DNA of 32,000 nt from Dickeya dadantii NCPPB 898 (GCF_000406145.1 NZ_CM001976.1:4117472-4149471); one strand, 5' to 3'. Positions 8,880 through 18,557 are shown, counted from the first letter of the stretch. Translations and numbers: made by a program. Notes: a model not told the origin generated them from the sequence alone.

Positions 8880-9356
8880 TTACTTGCTCCAGGGCAGAAT
8901 AGGCACCGCGCTGAGCGCATTTTTCGGCGACCCTTCCACCAGACGATCGGAATAGGTCAGGTAAACCAGCGCATTGCGTTTCGCATCGTAAAAACGCACC
9001 ACCTGCAGTTTCTTGAAAATCAGCGACGTGCGCTGCTGAAACACCACGCTACCTTTTCCCTTGCTGCCGGTAATCTTGTCGCTCAGAGTAATCGGCCCCA
9101 CCTGCTGACAAGAAATGGCGGCATCCGACGTATCCTCCGCCAGGCCAAGCCCCCCCTTGATGCCGCCGGTTTTGGCTCGGCTCAGATAGCAGGTCACGTT
9201 TGTCACATCCGGATCGTCAAACGCTTCCACGATGATTTTGTGGTCCGGCCCCAACAGCTTAAAGACCGTATCCACAGAGCCGATTTCCTCAGCCCAGACC
9301 GACGTTACACCGCAGAGCAGAACCGCAGCCATCAAAACAATTCGTCTTTTCATCAT
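8880..9356 (-). CDS. creA: Periplasmic protein CreA
   Basis: The 158-aa ORF has a signal peptide [22 protein letters not shown]. The mature part reads [29 protein letters not shown]...[30 protein letters not shown], which matches E. coli CreA. The start could be either of the tandem ATGs (9356 or 9353). Confidence 0.92.
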   Translation of the reverse strand: MMKRRIVLMAAVLLCGVTSVWAEEIGSVDTVFKLLGPDHKIIVEAFDDPDVTNVTCYLSRAKTGGIKGGLGLAEDTSDAAISCQQVGPITLSDKITGSKGKGSVVFQQRTSLIFKKLQVVRFYDAKRNALVYLTYSDRLVEGSPKNALSAVPILPWSK

Positions 9357-9558
9357 TGCCTTTCTCTCACTTTGTCGCCGCCATGGCGTAGTTTCTGTGG
9401 TTCAAAGACCGTTTGTCGGATAGATTTCTTTAGCAGCCTATGTTAATCAGATTCTTTATACATAAGGCACAAAAATCTTGGTAAGTGCCCCAGGAAAAAA
9501 GTTGCTATTATGCCGGGCTTATACGCTTAGCTCTCGGTGTGTTCTATGAGGACGATCT

Positions 9559-10425
9559 ATGGATCAAGCCAGTATCATACGTGACCTGCTCAACTGGCTG
9601 GAGGGTCATCTTGACCAGCCTTTATCGCTGGATAATGTCGCAGCCAAGGCCGGCTATTCCAAGTGGCATTTGCAGAGAATGTTCAAGGACGTAACGGGTC
9701 ATGCCATCGGTTCATACATTCGTGCCCGTCGGCTCACCAAAGCGGCTGTCGCACTGTGTCTGACCAGTCGCCCGATTCTTGATATCGCCTTGCAGTACCG
9801 TTTCGATTCGCAACAGACGTTCACTCGGGCGTTCAAAAAGCAGTTTGCCCAGACCCCGGCGTCCTATCGTCGGTCGGATGACTGGAATACCTTCGGTATC
9901 CATCCACCGATTCGTCTTGGCGCCTTTACCATGCCGCAACCGCAATTCATCACCTTGCCGGAAACGCAGTTGGTTGGTCTGACCCAGAGCTATACCTGCA
10001 ACCTGGAGCAAATTACCTGTTTTCGTACCGAAATACGCGTCCATTTCTGGCGACAATATCTGGGAGAGGCCAAACAGGTACCGCCGGTGTTATATGGTCT
10101 GCACCATTCTCGTCCAAGCAAGGAGAAGGATGATGAACATGAAGTGCTGTATACCACCGCGCTAGAGCCGCATCATGTTCCGGAAGGCGTTCATCCTGGC
10201 GAACCGGCAGTATTGCCGAGCGGCGACTATGCGATGTTTATCTACGAAGGCCCGGCGGATGATTTGCAGGATTTCATTATTACCCTGTACGACACCTGCC
10301 TGCCGACCTATAAACTGACCCGTCGCAAAGGTTTTGATGCTGAACGCTTTTACCCCAAAGGCCACAAAGAAACCGAACCGCCCAAAATCATCCGCTGCGA
10401 ATACCTGATTCCAATTCAGCGTTAA
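9559..10425 (+). CDS. rob: AraC/XylS-family transcriptional activator Rob (right origin-binding protein)
   Basis: The 288-aa ORF starts MDQASIIRDLLNWLEGHLDQPLSLDNVAAKAGYSKWHLQRMFKDVTGHAIGSYIRARRL. It has an N-terminal double HTH and a GyrI-like C-terminal domain. Its length and neighbours match E. coli rob. Confidence 0.95.
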   Translation: MDQASIIRDLLNWLEGHLDQPLSLDNVAAKAGYSKWHLQRMFKDVTGHAIGSYIRARRLTKAAVALCLTSRPILDIALQYRFDSQQTFTRAFKKQFAQTPASYRRSDDWNTFGIHPPIRLGAFTMPQPQFITLPETQLVGLTQSYTCNLEQITCFRTEIRVHFWRQYLGEAKQVPPVLYGLHHSRPSKEKDDEHEVLYTTALEPHHVPEGVHPGEPAVLPSGDYAMFIYEGPADDLQDFIITLYDTCLPTYKLTRRKGFDAERFYPKGHKETEPPKIIRCEYLIPIQR

Positions 10426-11072
10426 CGCTGCAATTCATCCAATGCCGGAGCGTCAAGATGGGAGATGTCTCCGGCGGTTTCCACTATCCATCCGGGCGCC
10501 AGCCAGGGGCTCTGTTGATAATCGACGCGAGACAATGAACAGTTGCGCAGCCGCAGGCGACGCTCCGCCCAGGCCGGTAATCCCAGTAACGTACTCAGCA
10601 AACAGCCCAGCGCAATACCGTGACTCACCAGCAGTGGACGGCTGCCTTCCGGCAGCGCCAGACACTTTGTCAATACGCGTTGCATACGCAGAGCCAGTTC
10701 CGACATAGACTCGCCGTCGGGAATTCGGCCATCGCGGGTGCCATCCACCAACTGTTTACGCCAGCGCTCTTCTTCAGGGCTTAGCGAATCAATCAGCCTT
10801 TCTTCCAGCACGCCCATGTTCAGCTCTCTCAGAGAGGGCTCCATGATAACAGGGCAGTTTCCGCAAGCCTGCGAGATGATGTCGGCAGTGCGACGGGTGC
10901 GCCCCAGATCGCTGGTAAAAATATGGGTAATTCCCAGCTTCTTTACCCTTTCAGCAACCAGCCGGGCCTGATGCTCGCCACCCAGGGTCAGCGGACTGTC
11001 CGACTGCCCCTGAATGCGCCGCGCCACGTTCCACTCTGTTTCACCATGGCGAACAAGATATACCTGTAACAT
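10422..11072 (-). CDS. gpmB: Histidine-phosphatase family phosphoglycerate mutase-like protein GpmB
   Basis: The 216-aa ORF starts MLQVYLVRHGETEWN (RHG catalytic motif) and ends HLDAPALDELQR, as in E. coli GpmB. It overlaps the rob stop by 4 bp. Confidence 0.94.
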   Translation of the reverse strand: MLQVYLVRHGETEWNVARRIQGQSDSPLTLGGEHQARLVAERVKKLGITHIFTSDLGRTRRTADIISQACGNCPVIMEPSLRELNMGVLEERLIDSLSPEEERWRKQLVDGTRDGRIPDGESMSELALRMQRVLTKCLALPEGSRPLLVSHGIALGCLLSTLLGLPAWAERRLRLRNCSLSRVDYQQSPWLAPGWIVETAGDISHLDAPALDELQR

Positions 11073-11123
11073 GATTTTTTTCCGTTATACTGCGTCAAAT
11101 TAACTACAAGGTAGGGAAACATT

Positions 11124-11660
11124 ATGTACCATGTTGTCGCTTCTACGACCAACCCGGCCAAGATTAACGCCATCACTTTAGCATTTGCCGACGTTTTTGG
11201 TGTGGATAATTGCCGCATCGAAGGGGTTGATGTGGATAGCGGGGTCCCCAGTCAACCGCTAGGTTCCGTCGAAACCCGCACGGGCGCCAGGAATCGTGTG
11301 ATGAGGGCGCGACAGGTCCGTCCGGAAGCCGATTTCTGGGTAGGCGTGGAAGCCGGCATTGAAGAAAGCATGACGTTCGCCTGGATGGTGATTGAAAATG
11401 CGGTCATCCGCGGTGAATCCCGTTCAGCCAGCCTGGTATTACCGGAAAGCATTCTGCAGGGAATTGGTGAAGGCCGCGAGCTAGGCGATGAAATGGCCCG
11501 GCTCACCGGCATTCAGGATATCAAACGTCAGGGCGGCGCGATTGGCGTCTTCACGGATGGCAAACTGTCGAGAACCAGCGTGTATTATCAGGCGTTGCTG
11601 CTGGCGCTGGTGCCGTTTCATAATCCGGTTTATCAGCACCCGATTCATGTGCCGGTTTGA
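11124..11660 (+). CDS. yjjX: Inosine/xanthosine triphosphatase YjjX
   Basis: The 178-aa ORF starts [17 protein letters not shown] and contains [20 protein letters not shown] and [17 protein letters not shown], matching the YjjX family. It is divergent from gpmB across a 51-bp gap, with AGGGAAA before the ATG. Confidence 0.9.
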   Translation: MYHVVASTTNPAKINAITLAFADVFGVDNCRIEGVDVDSGVPSQPLGSVETRTGARNRVMRARQVRPEADFWVGVEAGIEESMTFAWMVIENAVIRGESRSASLVLPESILQGIGEGRELGDEMARLTGIQDIKRQGGAIGVFTDGKLSRTSVYYQALLLALVPFHNPVYQHPIHVPV

Positions 11661-11673
11661 TCGCTTCCGAACG

Positions 11674-12015
11674 CTAGTCCTTCTTCTCTGGTAGCTCTGG
11701 TAGCAATTGTTCCTCCAGCCAGACTTTCAGCCTGGTCGGGGCGGATTTGAGGCTGTTGGAACCTCGGGTGATGGTCGCAATGCCCGCGCCCAGCTCATTT
11801 TTTAGTTCACGCTGGCTCATCTCGCCGCGCATCAATTCCTGAATAATACGTACCCGGGTTCCCAGCGCGGTTCTCTCATCTGGAGTTAACAGCAGTTGCA
11901 GCAGCGGTTGTTCCAACCCTTCCGCCATCGCCTGTTGGAACAGGCTGACAAACGCCTGCCAGTTTTCATCGTCTTGTTCGGAAAATACCGGATCATGAAG
12001 TGAAGGTGATGTCAT
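11674..12015 (-). CDS. trpR: Trp operon repressor TrpR
   Basis: The frame runs 11674-12027 and contains [49 protein letters not shown], nearly identical to E. coli TrpR. I prefer the second ATG at 12015 (MTSPSL...). It leaves 42 residues before LTPDER, the same as in E. coli. The first ATG (12027) lies inside the operator. Confidence 0.9.
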   Translation of the reverse strand: MTSPSLHDPVFSEQDDENWQAFVSLFQQAMAEGLEQPLLQLLLTPDERTALGTRVRIIQELMRGEMSQRELKNELGAGIATITRGSNSLKSAPTRLKVWLEEQLLPELPEKKD

Positions 12016-12025
12016 AACGGGCACC

Positions 12026-12043
12026 ATACTATTAAACTAGTAC
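12026..12043 (-). promoter_or_regulatory. TrpR operator (autoregulatory site of trpR)
   Basis: The minus strand reads GTACTAGTTTAATAGTAT. This matches the trp operator GTACTAGTTAACTAGTAC at 15 of 18 positions and keeps the CTAG-N4-(C/A)TAG spacing. Confidence 0.7.
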
Positions 12044-12234
12044 ACCAGCATAACATACTCTTCATAACGAAAAAAAGCGTAAAAAATAGGATAAACACCC
12101 GCCTTAGCGAGACGGGCGTAAGGTAATGACTACTCGCATGATGAAATCTTTCTTCATCTGCGTATCTTCACTCGCGTATTTTCATCCGCGTAAGGCGGGA
12201 AATGCGTATCTCAGGCAATCCCCGCTGACAGTTG

Positions 12235-14166
12235 TTAGTAACGCCGCTGCCACTCGTTGTCCATCAGCAACGTTGTCGGGCGCTGTTGCATCAGGCTACG
12301 GTAGAAAACGTCATATGCCAGTACATTTTTGACGTATCCCCGCGTCTCGGAAAACGGAATACTTTCCACAAACGCGATGGCGTCAATCCGACCATCGCTG
12401 TCCTTCAGCCAGTTAGTCACCCGCGATGGACCGGCATTGTAAGCAGCGGATGCCAGAATACGGTTCTGGCCGAACGACTGATAAACATAATCCAGATAAC
12501 TGGTGCCAAGCTGGATATTCATCTGCGGATCCAGCAGCTGGCTACTGTTGCTATAGCTGGCGATATTAAACATTTCGGCGGTGTGCTGCGCGGTGGCCGG
12601 CATCAACTGCATCAGGCCGGCCGCCCCCACAGCGGAACGCGCTTGCGGGTTCCAGGCGCTTTCCTGACGGGCAATCGCCATCGCATAACTCTGGCTGATG
12701 CCCTTGCCTTGCGTCGCCCGGCGGAAATCGTCATTCCATGCCAGCGGGAAGCGCTCTTCCAGGTTGTCCCAGAGTTTCGCCACAATCGTGGCCTGAACGC
12801 TCAGGTCATACCAATGCTGTTCAAACGCAAAACGCGCCAGCGCTTCCTGCTGCGGACGATCCCGGCTGGCCACCAGCCCCGCCCACTCGGAACGAGCGAG
12901 GCTTTCCAGTCCCCAGAACATCAGTTCGCGTACCCGCGCCACTTCCGGTAGCTGCCCAATCGAGCGCTCCGGCTTGGCGGCAATCATAATGGTCAGTGGA
13001 TAGTTCACATTAAGCTTCTGCGCGGCGGCCATCGGGTAAAAACCTCGAATCGACATCAGTTCGCGCAGTTGTGTCTCGCCTTCCTGCTTCTGCCCTTGTT
13101 CGATAAGCAGTATCGCACGCCAGTAACGCCATTCATCCTTTTGCTGCACATCGGCCGGCAAGCGCGCTATCCACTGCTTCAGCCCGGGCCTGTCCCCCTG
13201 CCCCAGCGCCATGCGAACACGCCGCTCCAGCAACGGCGCCGAGGCGCTGCGCAGAATTACGGCATCGCGCCAACGAGCCTGTTCATCGGTGGTATCGCTG
13301 CCCATCAAGCGCCAGGCGATGTCATCCTCCATGCTCTGGCGCTCCTGCGGGCGAATTTTCTGCAGGCGAATCAGCTGCGGCAGTAACGCCCGCGCCTCAT
13401 CCGGCTCCTGGCGGGCAATGCGGCTGAACGCCGATAATACTGCTCTTCGGGTAAAATCCGTCGGGCCGACAGAGCGGGCGAAGCGCTCGATAGTTTTAGG
13501 GTTGCTTTGCAATCTCAGCAACGCATCGGTGATGGTCTTGTAATCCGCCGGCAATTGTCTGGAAAGATGATTAACCAGACCTGCGCTGCCCGCATCTATC
13601 GCCAGTCGCATCCGCTCAAGGACCATGAGCGATGTCAACCCGCCCTGCTGCTGCCAGGCTGAAAATAGCTTGTCGCAGGTCGGCGGCAATGAACGGCCGG
13701 TCAGCCAGATATCGCGGGTTTGTTCCCAGACGCCTTGCTGCTGGCCCACCATGACTTTGGCATACAAGTAGTTGCATAGAGAAGCGACTGGCTTGGGTTG
13801 TTCTGGACTGAACACCAGCAGTCCATTCCAGTCCTGACGACGAGCCAGTTCATTGATAAAACTGTTATTGAGCGTATGCACCGCAGGCAGCGTCGGATGC
13901 GAAGCCATAAACTGTTTGACCTGAGCCTCGCTGACCGTCGACAAATCCTGCGTCAGCGCCCGGTATTCCAGATAAGGGTAAAGCGGGTAATCGCGTAGCG
14001 TTGGCATTAACTGGGAAACCACATCCATCTGGTTATTATCCCACGCGGACTTTATTTGCTGATAACGCTGTCGCTGCTCATCCAGCGAATCCGCCAGCGC
14101 CTGGCACGATACCCCAATAAGACACAGTGCGGCGGCCATATAGCGCCAATACCCTAATTTGAACAT
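12235..14166 (-). CDS. slt: Soluble lytic murein transglycosylase Slt70
   Basis: The frame runs 12235-14280. I place the start at the ATG 14166, which gives MFKLGYWRYMAAALCLIGVSCQALA|DSLDEQRQRYQQIK, a signal peptide with an ALA cleavage site. That is 643 aa against about 645 in E. coli. The catalytic region AIARQESAWNP...GLMQLMP...AYNAGP is present. The 38 upstream codons are not signal-like. Confidence 0.93.
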   Translation of the reverse strand: MFKLGYWRYMAAALCLIGVSCQALADSLDEQRQRYQQIKSAWDNNQMDVVSQLMPTLRDYPLYPYLEYRALTQDLSTVSEAQVKQFMASHPTLPAVHTLNNSFINELARRQDWNGLLVFSPEQPKPVASLCNYLYAKVMVGQQQGVWEQTRDIWLTGRSLPPTCDKLFSAWQQQGGLTSLMVLERMRLAIDAGSAGLVNHLSRQLPADYKTITDALLRLQSNPKTIERFARSVGPTDFTRRAVLSAFSRIARQEPDEARALLPQLIRLQKIRPQERQSMEDDIAWRLMGSDTTDEQARWRDAVILRSASAPLLERRVRMALGQGDRPGLKQWIARLPADVQQKDEWRYWRAILLIEQGQKQEGETQLRELMSIRGFYPMAAAQKLNVNYPLTIMIAAKPERSIGQLPEVARVRELMFWGLESLARSEWAGLVASRDRPQQEALARFAFEQHWYDLSVQATIVAKLWDNLEERFPLAWNDDFRRATQGKGISQSYAMAIARQESAWNPQARSAVGAAGLMQLMPATAQHTAEMFNIASYSNSSQLLDPQMNIQLGTSYLDYVYQSFGQNRILASAAYNAGPSRVTNWLKDSDGRIDAIAFVESIPFSETRGYVKNVLAYDVFYRSLMQQRPTTLLMDNEWQRRY

Positions 14167-14636
14167 AACTGCCCTGACCTCACTCGTTATCGTTTCCGCC
14201 ATTACCCGCCGAACGCCGCCATCAACGCTCACGACCATCGCGCCATACATCGCCCTATACCCATGACGACCGCATTCCATCGACTAACGTTGGTTTTTTC
14301 AAACTAAATCAGTGTGGCATATCCTGCCCGGCAACGATACGCCGAAAGCAGCGTAAAACAGAACGAAATTCGCTGCGTTAACATCCTTTTACCAGAACGC
14401 CCGCAGTTTCGGCTGATATCCGTCTCAGTGGTTCCATCGTGGATGGAAGCTGCCTCGCAGAGTCAGCAACACGATGACGGGATGGCTGGGATCACGCAGC
14501 GAAAACAGCTAAACTCCGTCAACAGTAAATTCCTTTTGCCGGTGGGGCGTCAGCGCTCTTCCGGTATCATGCCCCTACAGGCGCCATGCTTTTAATGGCA
14601 TAACGCTAAACTGGACAGAAAGAGGCTCAGAGCAAC

Positions 14637-16301
14637 GTGGCTCAATACGTTTACACCATGCACCGCGTCGGCAAGGTTGTTCCGCCGAAGCGTCATATCC
14701 TGAAAAATATTTCCCTCAGCTTTTTCCCGGGCGCCAAAATCGGCGTGCTGGGTCTGAACGGGGCGGGTAAATCCACCCTGCTGCGCATCATGGCGGGGAT
14801 CGATAAAGACATCGAAGGTGAAGCCCGCCCGCAGCCGGGGATAAAAATCGGCTACCTGCCTCAGGAACCCCAGTTAAATCTGGAACATACCGTCCGCGAA
14901 GCGGTTGAAGAGGCGGTCAGCGACGTGAAACGCGCGCTGACTCGTCTGGACGAAGTTTATGCCGCCTACGCTGACCCGAACGCCGACTTCGACAAGCTGG
15001 CGAAAGAACAGGGAGAACTGGAATCAATTATCCAGGCCCAGGACGGTCACAATCTCGATAACCAGCTGGAGCGGGCCGCCGATGCGCTGCGTCTGCCACC
15101 GTGGGAAGCGAAAATCGCCAACCTCTCCGGGGGCGAACGCCGCCGTGTCGCCATCTGCCGCCTGTTGCTGGAAAAACCGGACATGCTGCTGCTCGACGAA
15201 CCCACTAACCACCTGGATGCGGAATCGGTCGCCTGGCTGGAGCGTTTCCTGCACGACTACGAAGGCACCGTGGTCGCCATCACCCATGACCGTTACTTCC
15301 TCGACAACGTTGCCGGCTGGATTCTGGAACTGGACCGCGGCGAAGGGATTCCGTGGGAAGGCAACTACTCGTCCTGGCTGGAACAGAAAGACCAGCGTCT
15401 TGCACAGGAAGCCTCCACCGAAGCCGCTCGTCGCAAATCCATCGAGAAAGAGCTGGAGTGGGTGCGTCAGAATCCCAAAGGCCGTCAGGCCAAAGGCAAA
15501 GCGCGTCTGGCTCGCTTCGACGAACTCAACAGCGTCGAGTACCAGAAACGCAACGAAACCAGCGAACTGTTCATTCCACCTGGCCCTCGCCTTGGCGACA
15601 AAGTGCTGGAAGTGCAGAACCTCACCAAATCCTACGGTGACCGGGTGCTGATTGATAACCTGTCGTTCGCCATTCCGAAAGGCTCCATCGTCGGTATTAT
15701 CGGCCCCAACGGCGCCGGTAAATCGACCCTGTTCCGTATGTTGTCCGCTCAGGAACAACCGGATTCCGGCACCATCTCGCTGGGCGAAACGGTGCAACTG
15801 GCGTCGGTAGATCAGTTCCGTGACAAGATGGACGGCAGCAAGACCGTATGGGAAGAAGTTTCAGGCGGTCAGGACATCATGCGTATCGGCAATTTCGAGA
15901 TCCCGAGCCGCGCCTATGTCGGCCGTTTCAACTTCAAAGGCGTCGATCAGGGCAAACGTATCGGGGAGCTCTCCGGCGGCGAACGTGGCCGCGTGCACCT
16001 GGCAAAACTGCTGCAGGTTGGCGGCAACATGCTGCTGCTTGACGAACCGACCAACGACCTGGATATCGAAACCCTGCGCGCGCTGGAAAACGCCCTGCTG
16101 GAATTCCCTGGCTGCGCCATGGTGATTTCCCATGACCGTTGGTTCCTGGACCGTATCGCCACCCACATCATCGACTATCAGGATGAAGGCAAGGTGGAAT
16201 TCTTTGAAGGCAACTTCACAGAATACGAAGAGTACAAAAAACGTACGCTGGGTGCGGAAGCGCTGGAACCACACCGTATCAAGTACAAGAAAATGGCGTG
16301 A
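14637..16301 (+). CDS. ettA: ABC-F translational throttle protein EttA (YjjK)
   Basis: The 554-aa ORF has a GTG start and begins MAQYVYTMHRVGKVVPPKRHILKNISLSFFPGAKIGVLGLNGAGKSTLL. It has two ABC cassettes (GLNGAGKST / LSGGERRR / LLLDEP, then GPNGAGKST / LSGGERGR / LLLDEP). It is collinear with E. coli EttA. Confidence 0.96.
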   Translation: MAQYVYTMHRVGKVVPPKRHILKNISLSFFPGAKIGVLGLNGAGKSTLLRIMAGIDKDIEGEARPQPGIKIGYLPQEPQLNLEHTVREAVEEAVSDVKRALTRLDEVYAAYADPNADFDKLAKEQGELESIIQAQDGHNLDNQLERAADALRLPPWEAKIANLSGGERRRVAICRLLLEKPDMLLLDEPTNHLDAESVAWLERFLHDYEGTVVAITHDRYFLDNVAGWILELDRGEGIPWEGNYSSWLEQKDQRLAQEASTEAARRKSIEKELEWVRQNPKGRQAKGKARLARFDELNSVEYQKRNETSELFIPPGPRLGDKVLEVQNLTKSYGDRVLIDNLSFAIPKGSIVGIIGPNGAGKSTLFRMLSAQEQPDSGTISLGETVQLASVDQFRDKMDGSKTVWEEVSGGQDIMRIGNFEIPSRAYVGRFNFKGVDQGKRIGELSGGERGRVHLAKLLQVGGNMLLLDEPTNDLDIETLRALENALLEFPGCAMVISHDRWFLDRIATHIIDYQDEGKVEFFEGNFTEYEEYKKRTLGAEALEPHRIKYKKMA

Positions 16302-16350
16302 CATTTGCGTCCCGTATACCTGTCACAGTAAAAATGCCGTGACAGCAAAA

Positions 16351-16369
16351 GCCCGCCAAATCGGCGGGC
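16351..16369. terminator. Bidirectional intrinsic terminator shared by ettA and the MCP gene
   Basis: The hairpin is gcccgcc-aaatc-ggcgggc. It has aaaa on the left and ttttt on the right, so there is a U-tract in both orientations. Confidence 0.8.
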
Positions 16370-16508
16370 TTTTTCATTTTCAGTCTTCAACGTCAGTCTT
16401 AAACCACCTCCTGGAGAGGTGGTAATCCTTTTTCATGCGATCGCATTTTATCCAATCAGATGTGTGACCTGATCCACCACACCCCACCTCCACCACACAT
16501 CACCGCAA

Positions 16509-18215
16509 TCAGAACGTTTCCCAGTTCTGGTCGTTACGGCTTACTCTGCCTGCGCCAATAGCGGCTACCGCCGGGACCGGCTGTGCGGTCGGCCGGGATG
16601 GCAGCGAGACGCGAACCGGCTCACTGTCCCTGCGGTGGCTCAGCTTGAAGACCGCCACCGCCTGGGTCAAACGTTCAGCCTGTGATTCCAGCGAGACGGC
16701 GGCGGCCGAAGCCTCCTGCACCAGCGCGGCGTTCTGCTGGGTTGTCCCTTCCATCTCCAGCACGGCCTGATTCACCTGACCGATGCCCCGGCTTTGCTCA
16801 TCAGAGGCGGAAGCGATTTCCCCCATGATATCCGTCACGCTGACCACCGCTTTCACAATCTCTTCCATCGTATTCCCGGCTTTGGCTACCAGTTCCGAAC
16901 CGGTATCCACCAGCCTGCCGGATTCGCCAATCAGCGATTCGATTTCTTTCGCCGCCTGCGCGCTACGTTGCGCCAGACTGCGTACTTCTCCGGCAACCAC
17001 CGCGAAACCCCGGCCCTGCTCGCCAGCACGGGCAGCCTCTACGGCGGCGTTCAGTGCCAGAATATTAGTCTGGAAAGCGATACTATTGATAACACTGGTG
17101 ATTTCAGAGATTTTCCTCGAGCTGGACGAAATATCTCCCATGGTTTTCACCACATCCTGAACGATATTACCGCCCTGCTCCGCCTTGCCGGAGGCATTGC
17201 GCGCCAGCTGGCTGGCATGATTGGCGTTATCCGAGTTCTGTTTCACCGTGGAGGTCAGTTCCTCCATGCTGGCCGCCGTCTGCTCCAGCGCTGCCGCTTG
17301 TTGTTCAGTGCGGGAAGAAAGATCGACGTTGCCGGCGCTGATTTCGGAAGCGCCCTGATAAATAGAGTCCGCGCCTTCACGAACCACGGTCACGGTGTTG
17401 GTCAACGACTCCTGCATGTGCTGCAGGTTTTGGCCCAGAATACCGATTTCGTTACGCCCCATATTTTCAGCGGGCTGCGTCAGGTCGCCCTGCGCAATTT
17501 TCTGGATGCGGGTAATCAGTACATTGACCGGCACCAGAATCGCCCGGCGGATTACCAGATAAGTCAACGCCGCCAGCAGAATCGACAGAATAAACGACGC
17601 GCCCATCAGGATATTTCCCAGACGAGCATTATCAGAGGCCAGCGCATTAATACTGTTCGCATGTTCCGTCAGGTATTTCACTTCCTTTCGTACCTGCATG
17701 GCGTAATTGGTATCCAGCTGGCGCGCCAGCGTGGTTTCCAGTTCAATAGTGCTTTCGAATTCGCCGTTACGCACAAACTCCACCATCGGCACCATCACTT
17801 TATCCCGATAGGCGGTGTAGTTGGCGGTCAGCTCGGCATCCAGCGCCTTCTCTTCATCCGACTTATCAGTACGGGCCATATAATCATCAAAGCGCTTCTG
17901 GGAGCTTTTGATGCGTTCCATGCCTTCATTGAAAGCCTGACTGTAGGAATCCTTATCACCAATACGTGATGACGCCACCGCCTGCACCAGCAGTTGGCGG
18001 GAAACGCGGAAATTGTCCATGCTGCTGCTGACCCCGGCACGGATCTCAGACACCAGATTAGCCCGGCCCAGAGAGGCATTACTCTGTTTGAGAAAATAAC
18101 TGGCAGTACCAATTGAGAGAGCAAATAGAATCAGAATAATGGTTAACAGCGTGATAAAGAGTGTCACAAGACGAATGTTGTTTATAGAAGAGATATTCCC
18201 TTTTTGTTCTGCCAT
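16509..18215 (-). CDS. Methyl-accepting chemotaxis protein: two TM segments, four-helix-bundle-type periplasmic domain, HAMP, and a C-terminal NWETF pentapeptide
   Basis: The ORF is 568 aa. TM1 is [21 protein letters not shown] and TM2 is [21 protein letters not shown]. The conserved signalling tip is [50 protein letters not shown]. Methylation-helix motifs include [17 protein letters not shown]. The last five codons, 16526-16512, encode NWETF. Confidence 0.93.
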   Translation of the reverse strand: MAEQKGNISSINNIRLVTLFITLLTIILILFALSIGTASYFLKQSNASLGRANLVSEIRAGVSSSMDNFRVSRQLLVQAVASSRIGDKDSYSQAFNEGMERIKSSQKRFDDYMARTDKSDEEKALDAELTANYTAYRDKVMVPMVEFVRNGEFESTIELETTLARQLDTNYAMQVRKEVKYLTEHANSINALASDNARLGNILMGASFILSILLAALTYLVIRRAILVPVNVLITRIQKIAQGDLTQPAENMGRNEIGILGQNLQHMQESLTNTVTVVREGADSIYQGASEISAGNVDLSSRTEQQAAALEQTAASMEELTSTVKQNSDNANHASQLARNASGKAEQGGNIVQDVVKTMGDISSSSRKISEITSVINSIAFQTNILALNAAVEAARAGEQGRGFAVVAGEVRSLAQRSAQAAKEIESLIGESGRLVDTGSELVAKAGNTMEEIVKAVVSVTDIMGEIASASDEQSRGIGQVNQAVLEMEGTTQQNAALVQEASAAAVSLESQAERLTQAVAVFKLSHRRDSEPVRVSLPSRPTAQPVPAVAAIGAGRVSRNDQNWETF

Positions 18216-18557
18216 TCCGATTTCTCACTTTCACTACAAGATGCTGATCACTTCCACCGCGTCAGCAGCAGAAGCACGTATAGCTTTGCGCCATTCACTA
18301 TTTCCTGACAAACACCGAACACTGCACATCAGTTCCCATAAAGACAACAGACGTCACACTGGAGCAGGAAAACAAAACAACATTTTATTTTAATTGCATT
18401 GTTGTTTCTTTAAAAAAGAAAAACCGTGATGACTGTAGCATGCTCTACGGATAAGTGGTCAACAGAAACGGTCAGGTTCCTTTTTCCGGCTGAGTCATCC
18501 ATAAGTAGCAGGGATATAAACCGAAAAAACCGCGTTTGCCGCCAGAAAACACAAGGT

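Noticed and set aside
12096-12120. A possible slt terminator hairpin (cgcccg-N11-cgggtg followed by a T-rich tract on the minus strand)
   Set aside because: The stem has only 6 bp including a G-U pair, the loop is large, and the U-tract is interrupted. The evidence is too weak to list as a feature.
14314-14595. A 93-aa ORF in the slt/ettA spacer
   Set aside because: It has no Shine-Dalgarno sequence, no recognisable domain and no compositional periodicity that I can see. I kept it only as part of the unexplained-spacer finding.
16474-16506. A G-rich minus-strand tract (GGTGATGTGTGGTGGAGGTGGGGTGTGGTGG), considered as a G-quadruplex or Chi-like element
   Set aside because: It has only GG runs, so any G4 would be weak. 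It does not contain the Chi octamer GCTGGTGG. I noted it only as part of the junction description.
18216-18420. A sigma-28 (FliA) promoter for the MCP gene
   Set aside because: The best candidates are TAAAGAAA-N11-TTAAAATA and CAAAGCTA-N11-GCTGCTGA. They match only about 5 of 8 positions per half-site, which is not enough to call.
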